From positions 1,952,001 through 2,016,000 of the forward strand of contig CAWJET010000001.1 in NCBI GenBank assembly GCA_963842085.1: a stretch of DNA of 64,000 bases, written 5' to 3'. A program made the position numbers and the translations under genes. Position 1 is the first letter of the stretch. Every line of letters starts with the position of its first letter. The notes beneath the pieces are model-generated. The model was not told the origin of the DNA and searched no databases. It was given only the letters and a program-made list of their open reading frames with translations. Source of the stretch: an uncultured delta proteobacterium. GTDB lineage: Bacteria > Desulfobacterota > Binatia > Binatales > Binataceae. Positions 1 to 12,293 of this stretch are shown piece by piece.

Positions 1-98
1 GTTCACGCATCGCTAGTATCAAGCCCGGCCCTCTCAAAATTTAGCCCAACTTTGGTCCGCAGGCATCAGGATTCTTAACCGGCAGCAAGGACACTCAC

Positions 99-1709
<1,611 letters not shown>

Positions 1710-1861
1710 TGAAATCAGGTTGTCCAATCTTCGTCTGGTTCTGTTCCGATTCCCTCTCACGTTCGTCGGGGGAGGGAATCAGAGGTGCTCATCCTCGAAG
1801 TTATCGTGAGCCGGCGCCTCCATTAGGCGCGGTTTCATCTACCGAAAAATGCTCCGCGAGG

Positions 1862-3343
1862 TCAGCCTTCCGGCGCGAGCATCTTGTCCGGCCGCACCAG
1901 CCGGTCGAACTCCTCCCCCGTGAGCAGCTTCAACGCCATCGCCGACTCGCGCAGCGTGATGCCTTCCGCGTGAGCCTTCTTGGCGACCTTGGCCGCGTTG
2001 TCGTAGCCGATATGCGGGCTCAGCGCCGTCACCAGCATCAGCGAATTTTCGACGTTGCGCTGGAGCTGTTCGCGATTCGGCTCGATCCCTCCGACGCAGT
2101 ACTTGCTGATCGACGCGCACGAATGCGCCAGCAGCATCGTCGAGTGCAGAAAATTGTGGATGATGAGCGGTTTGAAAACATTGAGCTCGAAATTCCCCTG
2201 CGAGCCGGCCGTCGTGATCGCCACGTCGTTGCCGATCACCTGGATGCAGACCATCGTCATCGCCTCGCTCTGCGTCGGATTCACCTTGCCCGGCATGATC
2301 GACGAGCCCGGCTCGTTCTCCGGCAGGATTAATTCTCCGAGACCGGTGCGTGGTCCCGAGCCCATCCAGCGGATGTCGTTGGCGATCTTCATCAGCGAGA
2401 CCGCCAGCGTCTTGAGCGCTCCGGACGCCGCCACCAACGCATCGTGCGCGGCCAGCGCCGCAAACTTGTTCGGCGCCGACTTAAACGGCAGCCCGGTGTA
2501 CTCCGCGATCTTTTTCGCCACGCGCTCCGCGAATTCCGGATGCGTATTGAGCCCGGTGCCGACCGCCGTGCCGCCGATCGCCAGCTCGAGCAGGTCCGGC
2601 AGCGCCGCCTCGAGCCGCTTCAGGTCATAGTCGAGCTGCGCGACGTAGCCCGAAAATTCCTGCCCGAGCGTCAGCGGCACCGCATCCATCAGGTGCGTAC
2701 GCCCGATCTTCACGATGTCGGCAAACTCTTTGGCCTTGCGCGCCAGCGCGTCGCGCAACTTTCGCACCGACGGGATCAGGTCGTGCGTGACTTCCTCGGC
2801 CGCCGCGATATGCATCGCAGTCGGAAACGTGTCGTTCGACGACTGCGACATGTTCACGTCGTCGTTGGGATGTATCGGCTTCTTGCTGCCGAGCACGCCG
2901 CCGGCCATCTCGATCGCGCGATTCGAGATGACTTCGTTGGCGTTCATGTTGGTCTGCGTGCCGCTGCCGGTCTGCCAGATGCGCAGCGGAAAATGATCGT
3001 CGAGTTTTCCCGCGATCACTTCGTCCGCAGCCGCGGTTATCAGCCGGGCCTTGTCGGCGGGCAGCTTGCCGAGCTCGCGATTCACTTCCGCCGCCGCCTT
3101 TTTCAAAATCCCGAACGCGCGCACCACCGAGCGCGGCATCCGATCGAATCCGATCGCAAAATGCAGCAGCGAACGCTCGGTCTGCGCCCCCCAGTAGCGG
3201 TCGTTGGCGACCTCGATCGCCCCCATGCTGTCGGTTTCGACGCGCTTGCCGGTCTGCGCCTTCACGGCCGCGGCCGCCTTTGCGGTCACCGGCCGCTTCG
3301 CGATGCTGGCCTTGAGCATCTTGGATCTCGAATTTGATGCCAT
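1862..3343 (-). CDS. fumC: Class II fumarate hydratase
   Basis: Signature '[13 protein letters not shown]', plus '[11 protein letters not shown]', '[10 protein letters not shown]' and '[10 protein letters not shown]'. Confidence 0.97.
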   Translation of the reverse strand: MASNSRSKMLKASIAKRPVTAKAAAAVKAQTGKRVETDSMGAIEVANDRYWGAQTERSLLHFAIGFDRMPRSVVRAFGILKKAAAEVNRELGKLPADKARLITAAADEVIAGKLDDHFPLRIWQTGSGTQTNMNANEVISNRAIEMAGGVLGSKKPIHPNDDVNMSQSSNDTFPTAMHIAAAEEVTHDLIPSVRKLRDALARKAKEFADIVKIGRTHLMDAVPLTLGQEFSGYVAQLDYDLKRLEAALPDLLELAIGGTAVGTGLNTHPEFAERVAKKIAEYTGLPFKSAPNKFAALAAHDALVAASGALKTLAVSLMKIANDIRWMGSGPRTGLGELILPENEPGSSIMPGKVNPTQSEAMTMVCIQVIGNDVAITTAGSQGNFELNVFKPLIIHNFLHSTMLLAHSCASISKYCVGGIEPNREQLQRNVENSLMLVTALSPHIGYDNAAKVAKKAHAEGITLRESAMALKLLTGEEFDRLVRPDKMLAPEG

Positions 3344-3561
3344 CTCCTATATTCCTGTCGGATTTCCGACGCTCTCCCACCGCCTATTCTAACCCGGCCG
3401 GCGGCCGATGACAGCGGTTTCCTGCCGCCGCGATTCGCCCCGGGGTGCCCTTTTCAGAGGCGCTGTGCCGATATAGGTTATGGCGCGTACTCTCGACAAT
3501 AGCGACCAAAGGTTTCGGTCGAGATATTATAAGGACTGGATTTCAAGCGAGGCTGCCAACC

Positions 3562-3921
3562 ATGCCCTGGACGATTACCCGTCTTTGCCGCGATTGCGTT
3601 GACACCGGATGCGTCAGCGTATGCCCCGTCGATTGCATCTACGAATACATCGGCGCCGACAAGGAAAAATTTCCCAACCAGCTCTACATCGATCCCGACG
3701 AATGCATCGATTGCGGCGCCTGCGAGCCCGAATGTCCCTGGCAGGCGATTTTCGAGGAGCCGGCCGTTCCCGACGTCCTCAAGGACGACATAGCGCTCAA
3801 CCACGCGATCCTCGAAATCAAAGATCAGTTCAAGGTGATGCCGTTCAAGAAGGTCGAGCACCCGACCCCCGAGCAAGTGGCCGAGAACAAGAAAAAATGG
3901 GGCGTCGATCCGAATAGTTAG
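3562..3921 (+). CDS. Dicluster Fe-S ferredoxin (FdxA-like)
   Basis: Starts MPWTIT at ATG 3562; motifs [14 protein letters not shown] and [12 protein letters not shown]. Confidence 0.92.
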   Translation: MPWTITRLCRDCVDTGCVSVCPVDCIYEYIGADKEKFPNQLYIDPDECIDCGACEPECPWQAIFEEPAVPDVLKDDIALNHAILEIKDQFKVMPFKKVEHPTPEQVAENKKKWGVDPNS

Positions 3922-3958
3922 CAGCACAAACGCGCCAAACGCTGGCGCCACACATCGG

Positions 3959-4495
3959 TCACGCCGCTTCCTCAATCGCCGCCAGCAACGACCGCAGATC
4001 GAACGGCCCGTCGTGACGCACCCCATTTACAAAAAACGTCGGCGTGCCGTTCACCCCGCTCCTGACCCCGCTGCTAAAATCCTCGCGCACGCGCTCAGCC
4101 TGCGCATGCCCGGTCATCTCCTTGACGAACCGCGGCACGTCGAGATGTAGAGCGCGCGCATACCGCGCCAGGTCTTCATCCTCGAGCGCGTCCTGATTCT
4201 CGTAAAGCAGATCGTGCATCTCCCAGAATTTGCCCTGCGCGCCGGCCCCCTCCGCGGCTTCCGCTGCATGCTCGGCGTGAGGATGCGCCTCGCCTAGCGG
4301 GAAATTCCGAAAAACGAAGCGCAACTGATCTCCCAGCCGCTCCTGAAGAGCCTTCACGATCGGATACGCCTCGCCGCAATAAGGGCACTCGTAGTCCCCA
4401 TACTCGACCAGCGTAACCGGCGCCTTCGCTGGCCCCTGCACGTGATCGTTCGCGCCGACCGGCGGCTTGAGTTTGGCGGTCGCGGTTGGGGTCAT
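3959..4495 (-). CDS. DsbA-like thioredoxin-domain protein
   Basis: 'EYGDYECPYC' (CPYC) and 'GVNGTPTFFVNG'; start at MTPTAT after an AGGGAGG RBS. Confidence 0.88.
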   Translation of the reverse strand: MTPTATAKLKPPVGANDHVQGPAKAPVTLVEYGDYECPYCGEAYPIVKALQERLGDQLRFVFRNFPLGEAHPHAEHAAEAAEGAGAQGKFWEMHDLLYENQDALEDEDLARYARALHLDVPRFVKEMTGHAQAERVREDFSSGVRSGVNGTPTFFVNGVRHDGPFDLRSLLAAIEEAA

Positions 4496-4505
4496 CGCGT
4501 CCTCC

Positions 4506-4994
4506 CTACTTTTTCGACGCGAGCGCTTCGAGTGCCTCCAGTATCCCATCGGCGCCGGGGTTGACGCCGACCGGAGACAGGTAGCTCCAGCTAATCGTTC
4601 CTTTAGGATCGATCACGAACAGCGCCCGCTCGCTGACGCCCTCGCGCTCCCGGTACGCGCCGTACAAGCGCGCGACTGCGCCCTTTGGCTCGAAATCCGA
4701 CAGCAGCGGAAAGTGCAGCTTGCGGTCGCGGGCGAAGGCGGCATGGCACCACGATCCATCTACCGAAATACCGACGATGGCCGCCTTGAGCCTGTGAAAC
4801 TCGGGGAGCACTTCATTATAGAGCGCCATCTGATCGCCGCACACCGGACTCCAGTCGGCCGGGTAAAATGCCACGATCAACGGGGCGCCGCGGAAGTCGC
4901 TCAATGAGACGAGTTGGTCGGGCGTGCTATGCAGCGCAAAGTCCGGCGCCGGAGTGCCGGCCGCGAGGATCTTGTTCGCGTTTTCCGTGGCCAT
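4506..4994 (-). CDS. Peroxiredoxin, AhpC/TSA family (AhpE-like)
   Basis: 'APDFAL', 'FYPADWSPVC', 'ERALFVID'. Confidence 0.88.
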   Translation of the reverse strand: MATENANKILAAGTPAPDFALHSTPDQLVSLSDFRGAPLIVAFYPADWSPVCGDQMALYNEVLPEFHRLKAAIVGISVDGSWCHAAFARDRKLHFPLLSDFEPKGAVARLYGAYREREGVSERALFVIDPKGTISWSYLSPVGVNPGADGILEALEALASKK

Positions 4995-5112
4995 TCGGGA
5001 GAAACCTCCTTGATTTTATGCAGGTCAGAAACCTGGGTCGCGGACTTTCGATGCTGCTCCTTCCGCTCCGTTGTGACAAACAGATCCGGATTCACAGATA
5101 AAAAGTTGGGAT

Positions 5113-6636
5113 TCAGTTCCTTGCCGATGCGTACGACTTGCCGCGCTTCAGGAGTACAAGGTGGCGGTTGCCGTGGTCGGAGGTTAGGACCGGTTCGAAA
5201 TCGAGCGCGGTGCGCTGATCCGTTTTCCAGACGTGCGCGGGCACGATGACGAATCCCGGCGGCGCATCACCGAGGCGGCCCTGTAGCACTGGCGCGTCGC
5301 GATCGAGATAGAACAGCAGCGGCGCAACCTCTTCCTTGAATCCGTAAAGGTAGAGTGGGTCGGTGGGCGCGACGACGCGGGCGATTTCCTCGGCGGCGGG
5401 CCGAAACGAGTCGTCGCGGCACGTCCGCACTTCCATCCGCGGGATGTAGATGAAGTTAAAAACTACCAGCCCCGCGCATACTGCCGCGAATGACCAGGCC
5501 GCGGCGCGGCGCCATGCGAGCGGCGGGACGGTGACGATCCACCACGCCAGCATCACGGCGGCTGCCGGCCATACCGGGAGCAAGTAGGAGCGCCGCTTGT
5601 AGGCGGCGATGCTGAAGAAGACCACGGTGGCGAAGTAGAAGATCGCAAAGAGACGGACGGCAGAGCGCGCGCGAGCTGAGTCCGAGGATGCCGGGGAGCG
5701 AGCGGCGTCAGGTGCGTCGTGGCGACGAGTGAGTAATGGACTGAGTAATGCATAAACGGCGGCGACGGGAACAAGCAGGCTCAGCGGGGCCGAGTTTAGC
5801 AAGACCGGTTTCAGGTAGTACCACGGCGCCATCGCGCCGAGCGAGCCGAAGAAGCGGCCGACGTTTTCGGTGTCGAGCTGACGATTGAGGAAGGCGAAGC
5901 GCCCGCCGAAGTAACAGGCGAGATACCAGCTCGAAGCAATCGCGGCGCCGAGAATAATCGCGCCCGGATCGAGCATCGTCAGGATTTGGCGTCCGCGATG
6001 CTCGACGATCATGAAGATGAGGATCGAAGCGCCGGGAAGAATCATGCCGACAGGACCCTTGGCAAGCACCCCGAGACCGAGCGCCGCCGCCATCAGGTAG
6101 AGCGCGGGCAGCTTGGATTCGAAGCGCGCCACGGGGCCGGACGAAGCCGGGTCGCGCGGCATCCACCACAGAAAAGCGAACAGCGAGAGCGACTCGAAGA
6201 AGCACAGCGTCATGTCGACGCGGCCGAAGCGGCCCTGGCTGATGTACTGGTAGGACGCGGCGAGGGCGAGTCCGGCCAGCGCGGCGGCCTCAGGGCCGAG
6301 AAACTCGAACGCGAACATCATCGTCAGGATACCGCCGGCAATCGCGTAGAATGCGGACGGCAGGCGGAGATTGGCGGCCGTCACTTTGCGGATGCCGGCA
6401 AGGCGATCGATCGCGGCCGCAGTCCAGTGGAACAGCGGCGGCTTGTACATCGGCACGTTGCCGTTCTCGACCGGGAACATCAGATGGCCGTGCTCGACCA
6501 TCTGCTGCACGAACACGCCCTCGACCGCCTCGTTGCCGGTGCATACGTCGCCGGCGCCGAGCCGATGAAGGGTCAGTACCGCGATGAGTAGGGCGAGCGC
6601 GGCGATGGCAACGGCCGGTGGAATTTTAGCGGGCAT
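5113..6636 (-). CDS. ArnT/PMT-family (GT-C) membrane glycosyltransferase
   Basis: 'YKPPLFHW', 'RLPSA', 'LAKGPVG', 'PWYYL', 'KRRSYLLP' and many hydrophobic segments. Confidence 0.85.
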   Translation of the reverse strand: MPAKIPPAVAIAALALLIAVLTLHRLGAGDVCTGNEAVEGVFVQQMVEHGHLMFPVENGNVPMYKPPLFHWTAAAIDRLAGIRKVTAANLRLPSAFYAIAGGILTMMFAFEFLGPEAAALAGLALAASYQYISQGRFGRVDMTLCFFESLSLFAFLWWMPRDPASSGPVARFESKLPALYLMAAALGLGVLAKGPVGMILPGASILIFMIVEHRGRQILTMLDPGAIILGAAIASSWYLACYFGGRFAFLNRQLDTENVGRFFGSLGAMAPWYYLKPVLLNSAPLSLLVPVAAVYALLSPLLTRRHDAPDAARSPASSDSARARSAVRLFAIFYFATVVFFSIAAYKRRSYLLPVWPAAAVMLAWWIVTVPPLAWRRAAAWSFAAVCAGLVVFNFIYIPRMEVRTCRDDSFRPAAEEIARVVAPTDPLYLYGFKEEVAPLLFYLDRDAPVLQGRLGDAPPGFVIVPAHVWKTDQRTALDFEPVLTSDHGNRHLVLLKRGKSYASARN

Positions 6637-6710
6637 CCAAAACTCAGTTTTCGCTCGCGCAATACTCAGTCATTGGACAAAACCCGGTCGTGGCCGCGAA
6701 TAGTCAGTAG

Positions 6711-7892
6711 TCAGTCGAGGTTCGCGCGGAATATACTAAGGCTCTTGATGCGCGAGGAATCGTAGCCGCGCCATTTGGCCGCGGGCACCTCGCGCGGGCC
6801 GGCGCGCTTGAAGCCGAGGCGCGAGAAGAAACCGCCGACCCGCTCCTCACTGGTGCAGGCAAAAACGTACTTGAGGCGGCGCGCGCGCGCTTCCTTGAGG
6901 ATCTCGCGGACCAGCACGGCGGCGACGCCTTCGCCCTGGAAGCGCGTCAAGGTGTACATCGCCGTGATCTCGCCGGCGCGGTCGCGGCGGTAGGGCTCGG
7001 TCAGCAGCGAGCAGATGCCGGCCAGGTGTTCGTCGCCGATCCGGTAGCCAAAGCACGACGGCAGGATTTGCGCGATCTGCTCGGGGCTGCGGTGTAGCAG
7101 GAAGCCTTCGTTCTGGCCGCGGACGATGAGCGCTTCGACTTCCTCGAAGTCGTCGATCGAGACCGGGCGCACGAAGCCGTACTGCATCTCGGTGAACAGC
7201 GTTCCGGCGCCGATGAAACTGAAAAGTTCCTCGTACACGTCGCCCGGCGCGACCAGGTTGACGGAGCCCACGCCGTCTTCGAGCGCGTCGCGGGCGGCGC
7301 GCACGATCGCTTTGCGAGCGGGCGAGCGGACGTATCGCATCGTGCGGCCGATGCGACGCTCCTCGACGAACGAAAGCCGATTGCCGTCCTTGTCGATCAA
7401 GCCGCCGCGCCGATCCAGCATCAGCAGCTTGAACACGCGCAACCGGCTGGCGAGCTCGCGGGCGAAGACGATGAGATCGTCGGCGTCGTCGCGGCTCATC
7501 GAGGCGACGACGATCGAGCCGGCACGCAGCCGCGCCCATATTTCGGCGACGGCGGAATCCGGCGGATACGGGCGCGAACGGAGTCCGTCGGACGGGTTGA
7601 AGACCGGCGGCGGTTCCTTGGGCGCCAGGCGGCCGAGCCGGCGCATCAGCTTTGGCAGCGCGCTCGGCGAAACGATGACGACGCATCGGGTTTGATTGCG
7701 GCGCAATTCGCGAAGCGTCAGCAGCAGAGAATCTAGGTCGGAAATGCGCTGTCCCGCGGGAGGAATCAGCGCGAACAGCAGGCTCTTGCCGTAGAATTCC
7801 TCGAGATAGAAAGTCTTCTCGGTGAAGACCGGTGCGATCCGGCGCGCTTTGCCGGTGATGTCGCCGAACGCGATCGCTGCAAAATCGCTCAC
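6711..7892 (-). CDS. ArgA-like N-acetyltransferase (degenerate amino-acid-kinase domain plus GNAT domain)
   Basis: 'EELFSFIGAGTLF' linker typical of ArgA; GNAT motif A 'FQGEGVA'. Confidence 0.65.
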   Translation of the reverse strand: MSDFAAIAFGDITGKARRIAPVFTEKTFYLEEFYGKSLLFALIPPAGQRISDLDSLLLTLRELRRNQTRCVVIVSPSALPKLMRRLGRLAPKEPPPVFNPSDGLRSRPYPPDSAVAEIWARLRAGSIVVASMSRDDADDLIVFARELASRLRVFKLLMLDRRGGLIDKDGNRLSFVEERRIGRTMRYVRSPARKAIVRAARDALEDGVGSVNLVAPGDVYEELFSFIGAGTLFTEMQYGFVRPVSIDDFEEVEALIVRGQNEGFLLHRSPEQIAQILPSCFGYRIGDEHLAGICSLLTEPYRRDRAGEITAMYTLTRFQGEGVAAVLVREILKEARARRLKYVFACTSEERVGGFFSRLGFKRAGPREVPAAKWRGYDSSRIKSLSIFRANLD

Positions 7893-8025
7893 GGCGCGTC
7901 GTCCGGAGCAAAGCGGAAGCGTGATCGCGCGGGACGCGCCGAATCGGGACCCTCACCTGACCTCTCCCTCGCAGGGAGAGGGATAGGAGTGGCGGGAATT
8001 CGCGAAGTCGCAGTCGGGAGGTTGT

Positions 8026-8547
8026 TCAATTCTGCTGCGCGGGTTGAGACTTGGCCGGCGACATCTCGCGCGACGCTGCGTCGGGAGCACAGACGGGCGG
8101 CGTGGGACGCGACGCGGCTATTTCGGCCAGCGAGGTGTCGGAGAAAACTTCGAGTAACACGCGCTGGCCCTTCTCCCACACCCGGTACATGCGACAGGTC
8201 GGCTGCAGAGCGCATGAGCTGCTGCCGTCGGTGCATACGTTGAGCGTGATCGGACCTTCGACCGCCTCGATAATATCGCGAAAGGTGACGGTGTCGGCTT
8301 TGCGCGCGAGCTGGTAGCCGCCGCCGGGACCGCGGCGCGCGTGGACGAGGCCGCGGCGCATCAGATCGCGAATGACTTTTTCGAGATAGTACTTGGGGAT
8401 GTGCTCGCGACTGGCTATCTCGCTGCCGCGCGCGACGCCCGACGGATGATCGGCCAGATAGATCATCGCGCGCAGCGCGTACTCGATCTTGCGCGGGATC
8501 TGCATCAGGCTCATGCGTTTTTCACTCTTTCGCTTTTCAACTTTCAC
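8026..8547 (-). CDS. Rrf2-family transcriptional regulator
   Basis: 'EYALRAMIYLA', 'RGPGGGYQLAR', three C-terminal Cys. The start may be the later MSLMQ. Confidence 0.92.
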   Translation of the reverse strand: MKVEKRKSEKRMSLMQIPRKIEYALRAMIYLADHPSGVARGSEIASREHIPKYYLEKVIRDLMRRGLVHARRGPGGGYQLARKADTVTFRDIIEAVEGPITLNVCTDGSSSCALQPTCRMYRVWEKGQRVLLEVFSDTSLAEIAASRPTPPVCAPDAASREMSPAKSQPAQQN

Positions 8548-9155
8548 GACGCGAGCGCCGGCGTCGCGCGTAGCGTGAGAATCTTCTCGACATACTTGAC
8601 CAGCATGTCGTTCTCGATGTTGACGGTGTCGCCCGGCCGCTTGAAACCCAGCGTCGTCGACCGCAGCGTGTGCGGAATCACTTCGACCGAAAAGTTGCAG
8701 TCCTTGATCGAGAAGATGGTCAGGCTGATCCCGTCGATGGCGACCGAGCCCTTCTCGACCAGGTAGCGCGCCTGCGCGGGCGCGACCTCGAAGCTGAAGA
8801 GTTTCGAGTCGCCTTCGGGCTTGATCGACGCGACGCGGCCGATGCCGTCAACGTGGCCGGAGACCAGGTGGCCGCCGAGCAGCTTGCCCAGCGTGAGGCA
8901 GCGCTCGAGGTTGACGCGGCTGCCGGGCTTCAATTCGCCAAGTCCGGTGCATCGGATGGTCTCGGCGGAGACGTCCATCGCGAAGCGGCCGGGGCTTTTG
9001 GAAATCACGGTCAGGCACGCGCCGTTGACGGTGATCGAGTCGCCGATGTTGATTTCGGAAATCGGAAGCGAGGTGTGCACCGAAATTACCGCGCCCTGGT
9101 CGGTCGGCTTGAGGCTTTCGACGGTGCCGAGGTCTTCGATAATACCGGTGAACAT
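8544..9155 (-). CDS. ribE: Riboflavin synthase
   Basis: Canonical N-terminal MFTGII; 'GGHLVSGHVDG' and 'KGSVAIDGISLT'. Confidence 0.95.
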   Translation of the reverse strand: MFTGIIEDLGTVESLKPTDQGAVISVHTSLPISEINIGDSITVNGACLTVISKSPGRFAMDVSAETIRCTGLGELKPGSRVNLERCLTLGKLLGGHLVSGHVDGIGRVASIKPEGDSKLFSFEVAPAQARYLVEKGSVAIDGISLTIFSIKDCNFSVEVIPHTLRSTTLGFKRPGDTVNIENDMLVKYVEKILTLRATPALAS

Positions 9156-9352
9156 CGCTTTTCCTGTCGAGCGTTGATGTAGGCGGGGAGAAATCTCCAG
9201 AAAAATCATATCTTTTTGAGAGATGCCCGCGCAACAATCGCGTTGAAAGGAAGTCGAAAATATCCGGGATTTTTCGCTGCAAACAGCTTGTGCAGGCGGT
9301 CGTCATGCACCGCTGGAGAGTCTCCGCAAAATAGCGTAAGAGAGTAGGCGCT

Positions 9353-10522
9353 ATGTCTCTAAGAGCTAAATGCGCTATCGCCGGGCTCGGCCAGACCCGG
9401 ATGGGCAAAAACTTCGATCATCCCGGCCCGATCGGCTTCGCCGCCGAGGCCGTCAACCTCGCGCTGGCGGACGCGGGCCTGCAGCGGTCCGACCTCGACG
9501 GCCTGCTCGTCAACCCCGGGATCACATGGTTCAACAATCCGATGGCGTCCACGTCGCTCCAGAATGCGCTGGGTCTCCGTGACCTGCGGCTGACCGCGAC
9601 GATGAACCTCGGCGGCGCGACCGCCGCCGCGATGGTCATGCACGCCGCACAGGCGATCGACGCCGGTATGGCCGAAGTCGTCGCGTGCGTATTCGCCGAC
9701 GCTCCCCTGCGTCCGCCTTCGCCCAACAAGCGCGACGGCGGCGGCTCGGCCGCATCCTACGGCTTCGCCCAGGGCCTCAACGCGCATTACGGCCTGTTCG
9801 GCGTCAACGCCCAGTATGCGTTCGTTGCTCAGCGCCATATGTACAAATACGGGACCACCAACGATCATCTCGGCGCCGTCGCCGTGTCCGAGCGCGATTG
9901 GGCCAACCTGAATCCTGCCGCCCAGTTTTACGACACCCCGATGACGCTCGCCGACTACCACGCCTCGCGCTGGGTGGTTGAGCCGTTTCATCTCTACGAT
10001 TGCTGCCTGGTTTCCAACGGCGGCCTGGCGGTTATCGTGACCTCCGCCGAGCGCGCGAAGACCCTTAAGCGCCCGCCGGTGTACATCCTGGGGATGGGGC
10101 AGGGTCATCCCGGTGGCGACCCGCTCGAGACTCTCGTCTCCGGCGCGCCAATCGCCAAGGTGACCGCCTTCAAGATGGCGGGAATCAAGCTTGGCGACGT
10201 CAATTTTTGCGAACTCTACGACTGCTACACTTTCACGGTGCTGGTCACGCTCGAGGACTACGGCTTTTGCAAAAAGGGCGAGGGCGGGCCGTTCGTCGCC
10301 AGCGGTGCAATCGCCCCCGGCGGCACGCTCCCCGTCAACACCGGCGGCGGCCAGCTAAGCTCCTTCTATATGTGGGGGATGACCCCGGTCGCAGAGGCAA
10401 TCGCTCAGATGCGCGGTGAGGCCGGCAAGCGCCAGGTGCCAAAACACGACATTGGACTCGTTTCCGGCAATGGCGGTATCCTCGCTACGCATTCGACTCT
10501 GGTTTTGGGATCACAGCCGTAG
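9353..10522 (+). CDS. Thiolase-family (SCP-x/lipid-transfer type) protein
   Basis: 'LYDCCLVSNGG', 'ELYDCYT', 'LEDYGFC', 'PVNTGGGQLS'. Confidence 0.88.
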   Translation: MSLRAKCAIAGLGQTRMGKNFDHPGPIGFAAEAVNLALADAGLQRSDLDGLLVNPGITWFNNPMASTSLQNALGLRDLRLTATMNLGGATAAAMVMHAAQAIDAGMAEVVACVFADAPLRPPSPNKRDGGGSAASYGFAQGLNAHYGLFGVNAQYAFVAQRHMYKYGTTNDHLGAVAVSERDWANLNPAAQFYDTPMTLADYHASRWVVEPFHLYDCCLVSNGGLAVIVTSAERAKTLKRPPVYILGMGQGHPGGDPLETLVSGAPIAKVTAFKMAGIKLGDVNFCELYDCYTFTVLVTLEDYGFCKKGEGGPFVASGAIAPGGTLPVNTGGGQLSSFYMWGMTPVAEAIAQMRGEAGKRQVPKHDIGLVSGNGGILATHSTLVLGSQP

Positions 10523-10624
10523 TATTAGCCGCGACCCGCGCTGTCACTGCCTTTGGCATGACGTAGCGTGTTTCAATCGTTTCAAACGCCCAATCGTCTA
10601 AGTTAATATATAAGCAAAACCACG

Positions 10625-11041
10625 ATGCCCGAAATCAGCAAACCTATCCCCGCCATCACCCCCGAGATGCGCGAGTTCTTCGACGGCGCGCGCGCCGGTC
10701 GCCTGATGGTGCAAAAGTGCGACGGCTGCGGGACCCTGCGCTTCCCCGCCCACGACATCTGCTCCAGGTGCAATTCGACCGCCTCGCGATGGGTCCCGGT
10801 GAGCGGCCGGGGCGAAGTCTTCAGCTTCAATATCATGCATCAGGTCTATCACCCGGGCTTCGCCGGCGAGGTTCCTTACGCGGTGGTCGTGGTCGAGCTC
10901 GAGGAGGGGTGCAAATTCATCTCGAACCTGCTGGGCGTCAAGCCGCACGACATCCGGTGCGGGATGCCGGTGGAGGTCACTTTCGAAAAACTCAGCGATG
11001 AAGTGTCGATGCCGAAATTCCGGCTCCGCGCCGCGAAATAA
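10625..11041 (+). CDS. DUF35/ChsH2-type Zn-ribbon plus OB-fold protein
   Basis: CDGC...CSRC, 'SGRGEVFSF', 'PYAVVVVELEEG'; the usual partner of SCP-x thiolases. Confidence 0.9.
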   Translation: MPEISKPIPAITPEMREFFDGARAGRLMVQKCDGCGTLRFPAHDICSRCNSTASRWVPVSGRGEVFSFNIMHQVYHPGFAGEVPYAVVVVELEEGCKFISNLLGVKPHDIRCGMPVEVTFEKLSDEVSMPKFRLRAAK

Positions 11042-11076
11042 TCCGGCCCGACTGAATTCATCAAGGAATCAATAAA

Positions 11077-12255
11077 TTGCAGCTCGATCAAAAATATTTC
11101 CAGCGCCTCATCGAGAGCTCGCCGGACATCATAATCGCCGTCGATAAGGACGGCACCGTGAACTATTACAACGAAGGCGCCCGTACCGGCCTGGGCTACA
11201 ACCCCGACGAGATCATCGGCCAGAAATGTACGCGCATCTATCCGTCGATCGAAGAGGCGCGCCGTGTGATGAAGGCGATGCGCGAGTCGAAGGACGGCGG
11301 CCGAATCGCCAGCTTCGAGACCGAGTTCCGCAACAAGGACGGCGAGCTTATCCCGGTGATGATCTCCGGCGCGCTCATCCACGATGACGAGGGCAACGAA
11401 GACGGCTCGATCGGCTTCGCGCGCGACATTCGCCGCCTGCGCCATGCCCAGCAGCTCGCGACCGCCGGCGAAATCGCCGTCAGTCTCGCGCACGAGATCA
11501 ATAATCCGCTCGAATCGATCACCAACAATCTCGAACTGCTCTCGCAATGCCTCGATGCGCGCCTCACCGAGTCCGAAAAAGTCGTCGAGAACGAACGCCT
11601 CGACTCGATTCGAAATTCCATCGAGCGCGTGCAGGCTATCGTGCGTCGCCTCGACGAGATGATCCGCAAGGGCGTGTACGAGACGCGCGACTACCTGGCA
11701 GGCAAGCGGATGGCCGATCTGGCGCCGCGCGAAGATGCGAAAGTGCAAACGCGCTCGCATGACGCGCCCCATACCGAGCAATCGCCGCTGGAAGGGATGT
11801 CGGTGCTGGTGCTCGACGACGATACCGCCGTCGTCAATTCGATGGCCGACCTGCTGCGCGCCGAAAAATGTATCGTGCACTGCGCCACGCGTCCGTCGGC
11901 CGCCTTCGGAATCATCCGCAACGTCAAGCTCGACGCGGTTATCTCCGACGTCGTGATGCCCGAGATGGACGGTTACGATTTCTATCTCAAGGTCAAGGAG
12001 GAGATGCCGAGCCTGCCGGTGATCCTCATAACGGCCTACTACTACGACAAGGATCACATCCTGAAGCGCTCGCGCCTGCGCGGTCTGGAGGGCGCCCTGT
12101 TCAAGAAGCCGGTGAATCCCGGCAAGCTGCGCGCGATGCTCCTGCAGTTGCGCCAGAAGGCCGCCCAGGAAAAAGCCGAAGCCAAGGCCGCCGCGCTGGC
12201 CGCCAAAGCCGCCGCCGCCGGCGACGCAGCCGTCAAGCCAATCCCCAGTTCCTGA
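11077..12255 (+). CDS. PAS-HisKA-receiver signalling protein without an ATPase domain
   Basis: N-terminal PAS, H-box 'AHEINNPL', receiver 'VLDDD...ISDVVMP...ITA...KKP'; no N/G1/F/G2 boxes. Confidence 0.8.
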   Translation: MQLDQKYFQRLIESSPDIIIAVDKDGTVNYYNEGARTGLGYNPDEIIGQKCTRIYPSIEEARRVMKAMRESKDGGRIASFETEFRNKDGELIPVMISGALIHDDEGNEDGSIGFARDIRRLRHAQQLATAGEIAVSLAHEINNPLESITNNLELLSQCLDARLTESEKVVENERLDSIRNSIERVQAIVRRLDEMIRKGVYETRDYLAGKRMADLAPREDAKVQTRSHDAPHTEQSPLEGMSVLVLDDDTAVVNSMADLLRAEKCIVHCATRPSAAFGIIRNVKLDAVISDVVMPEMDGYDFYLKVKEEMPSLPVILITAYYYDKDHILKRSRLRGLEGALFKKPVNPGKLRAMLLQLRQKAAQEKAEAKAAALAAKAAAAGDAAVKPIPSS

Positions 12256-12293
12256 TCCTCGCCTCCTTCTTGACCGCCGCTACCTATCAGCCC

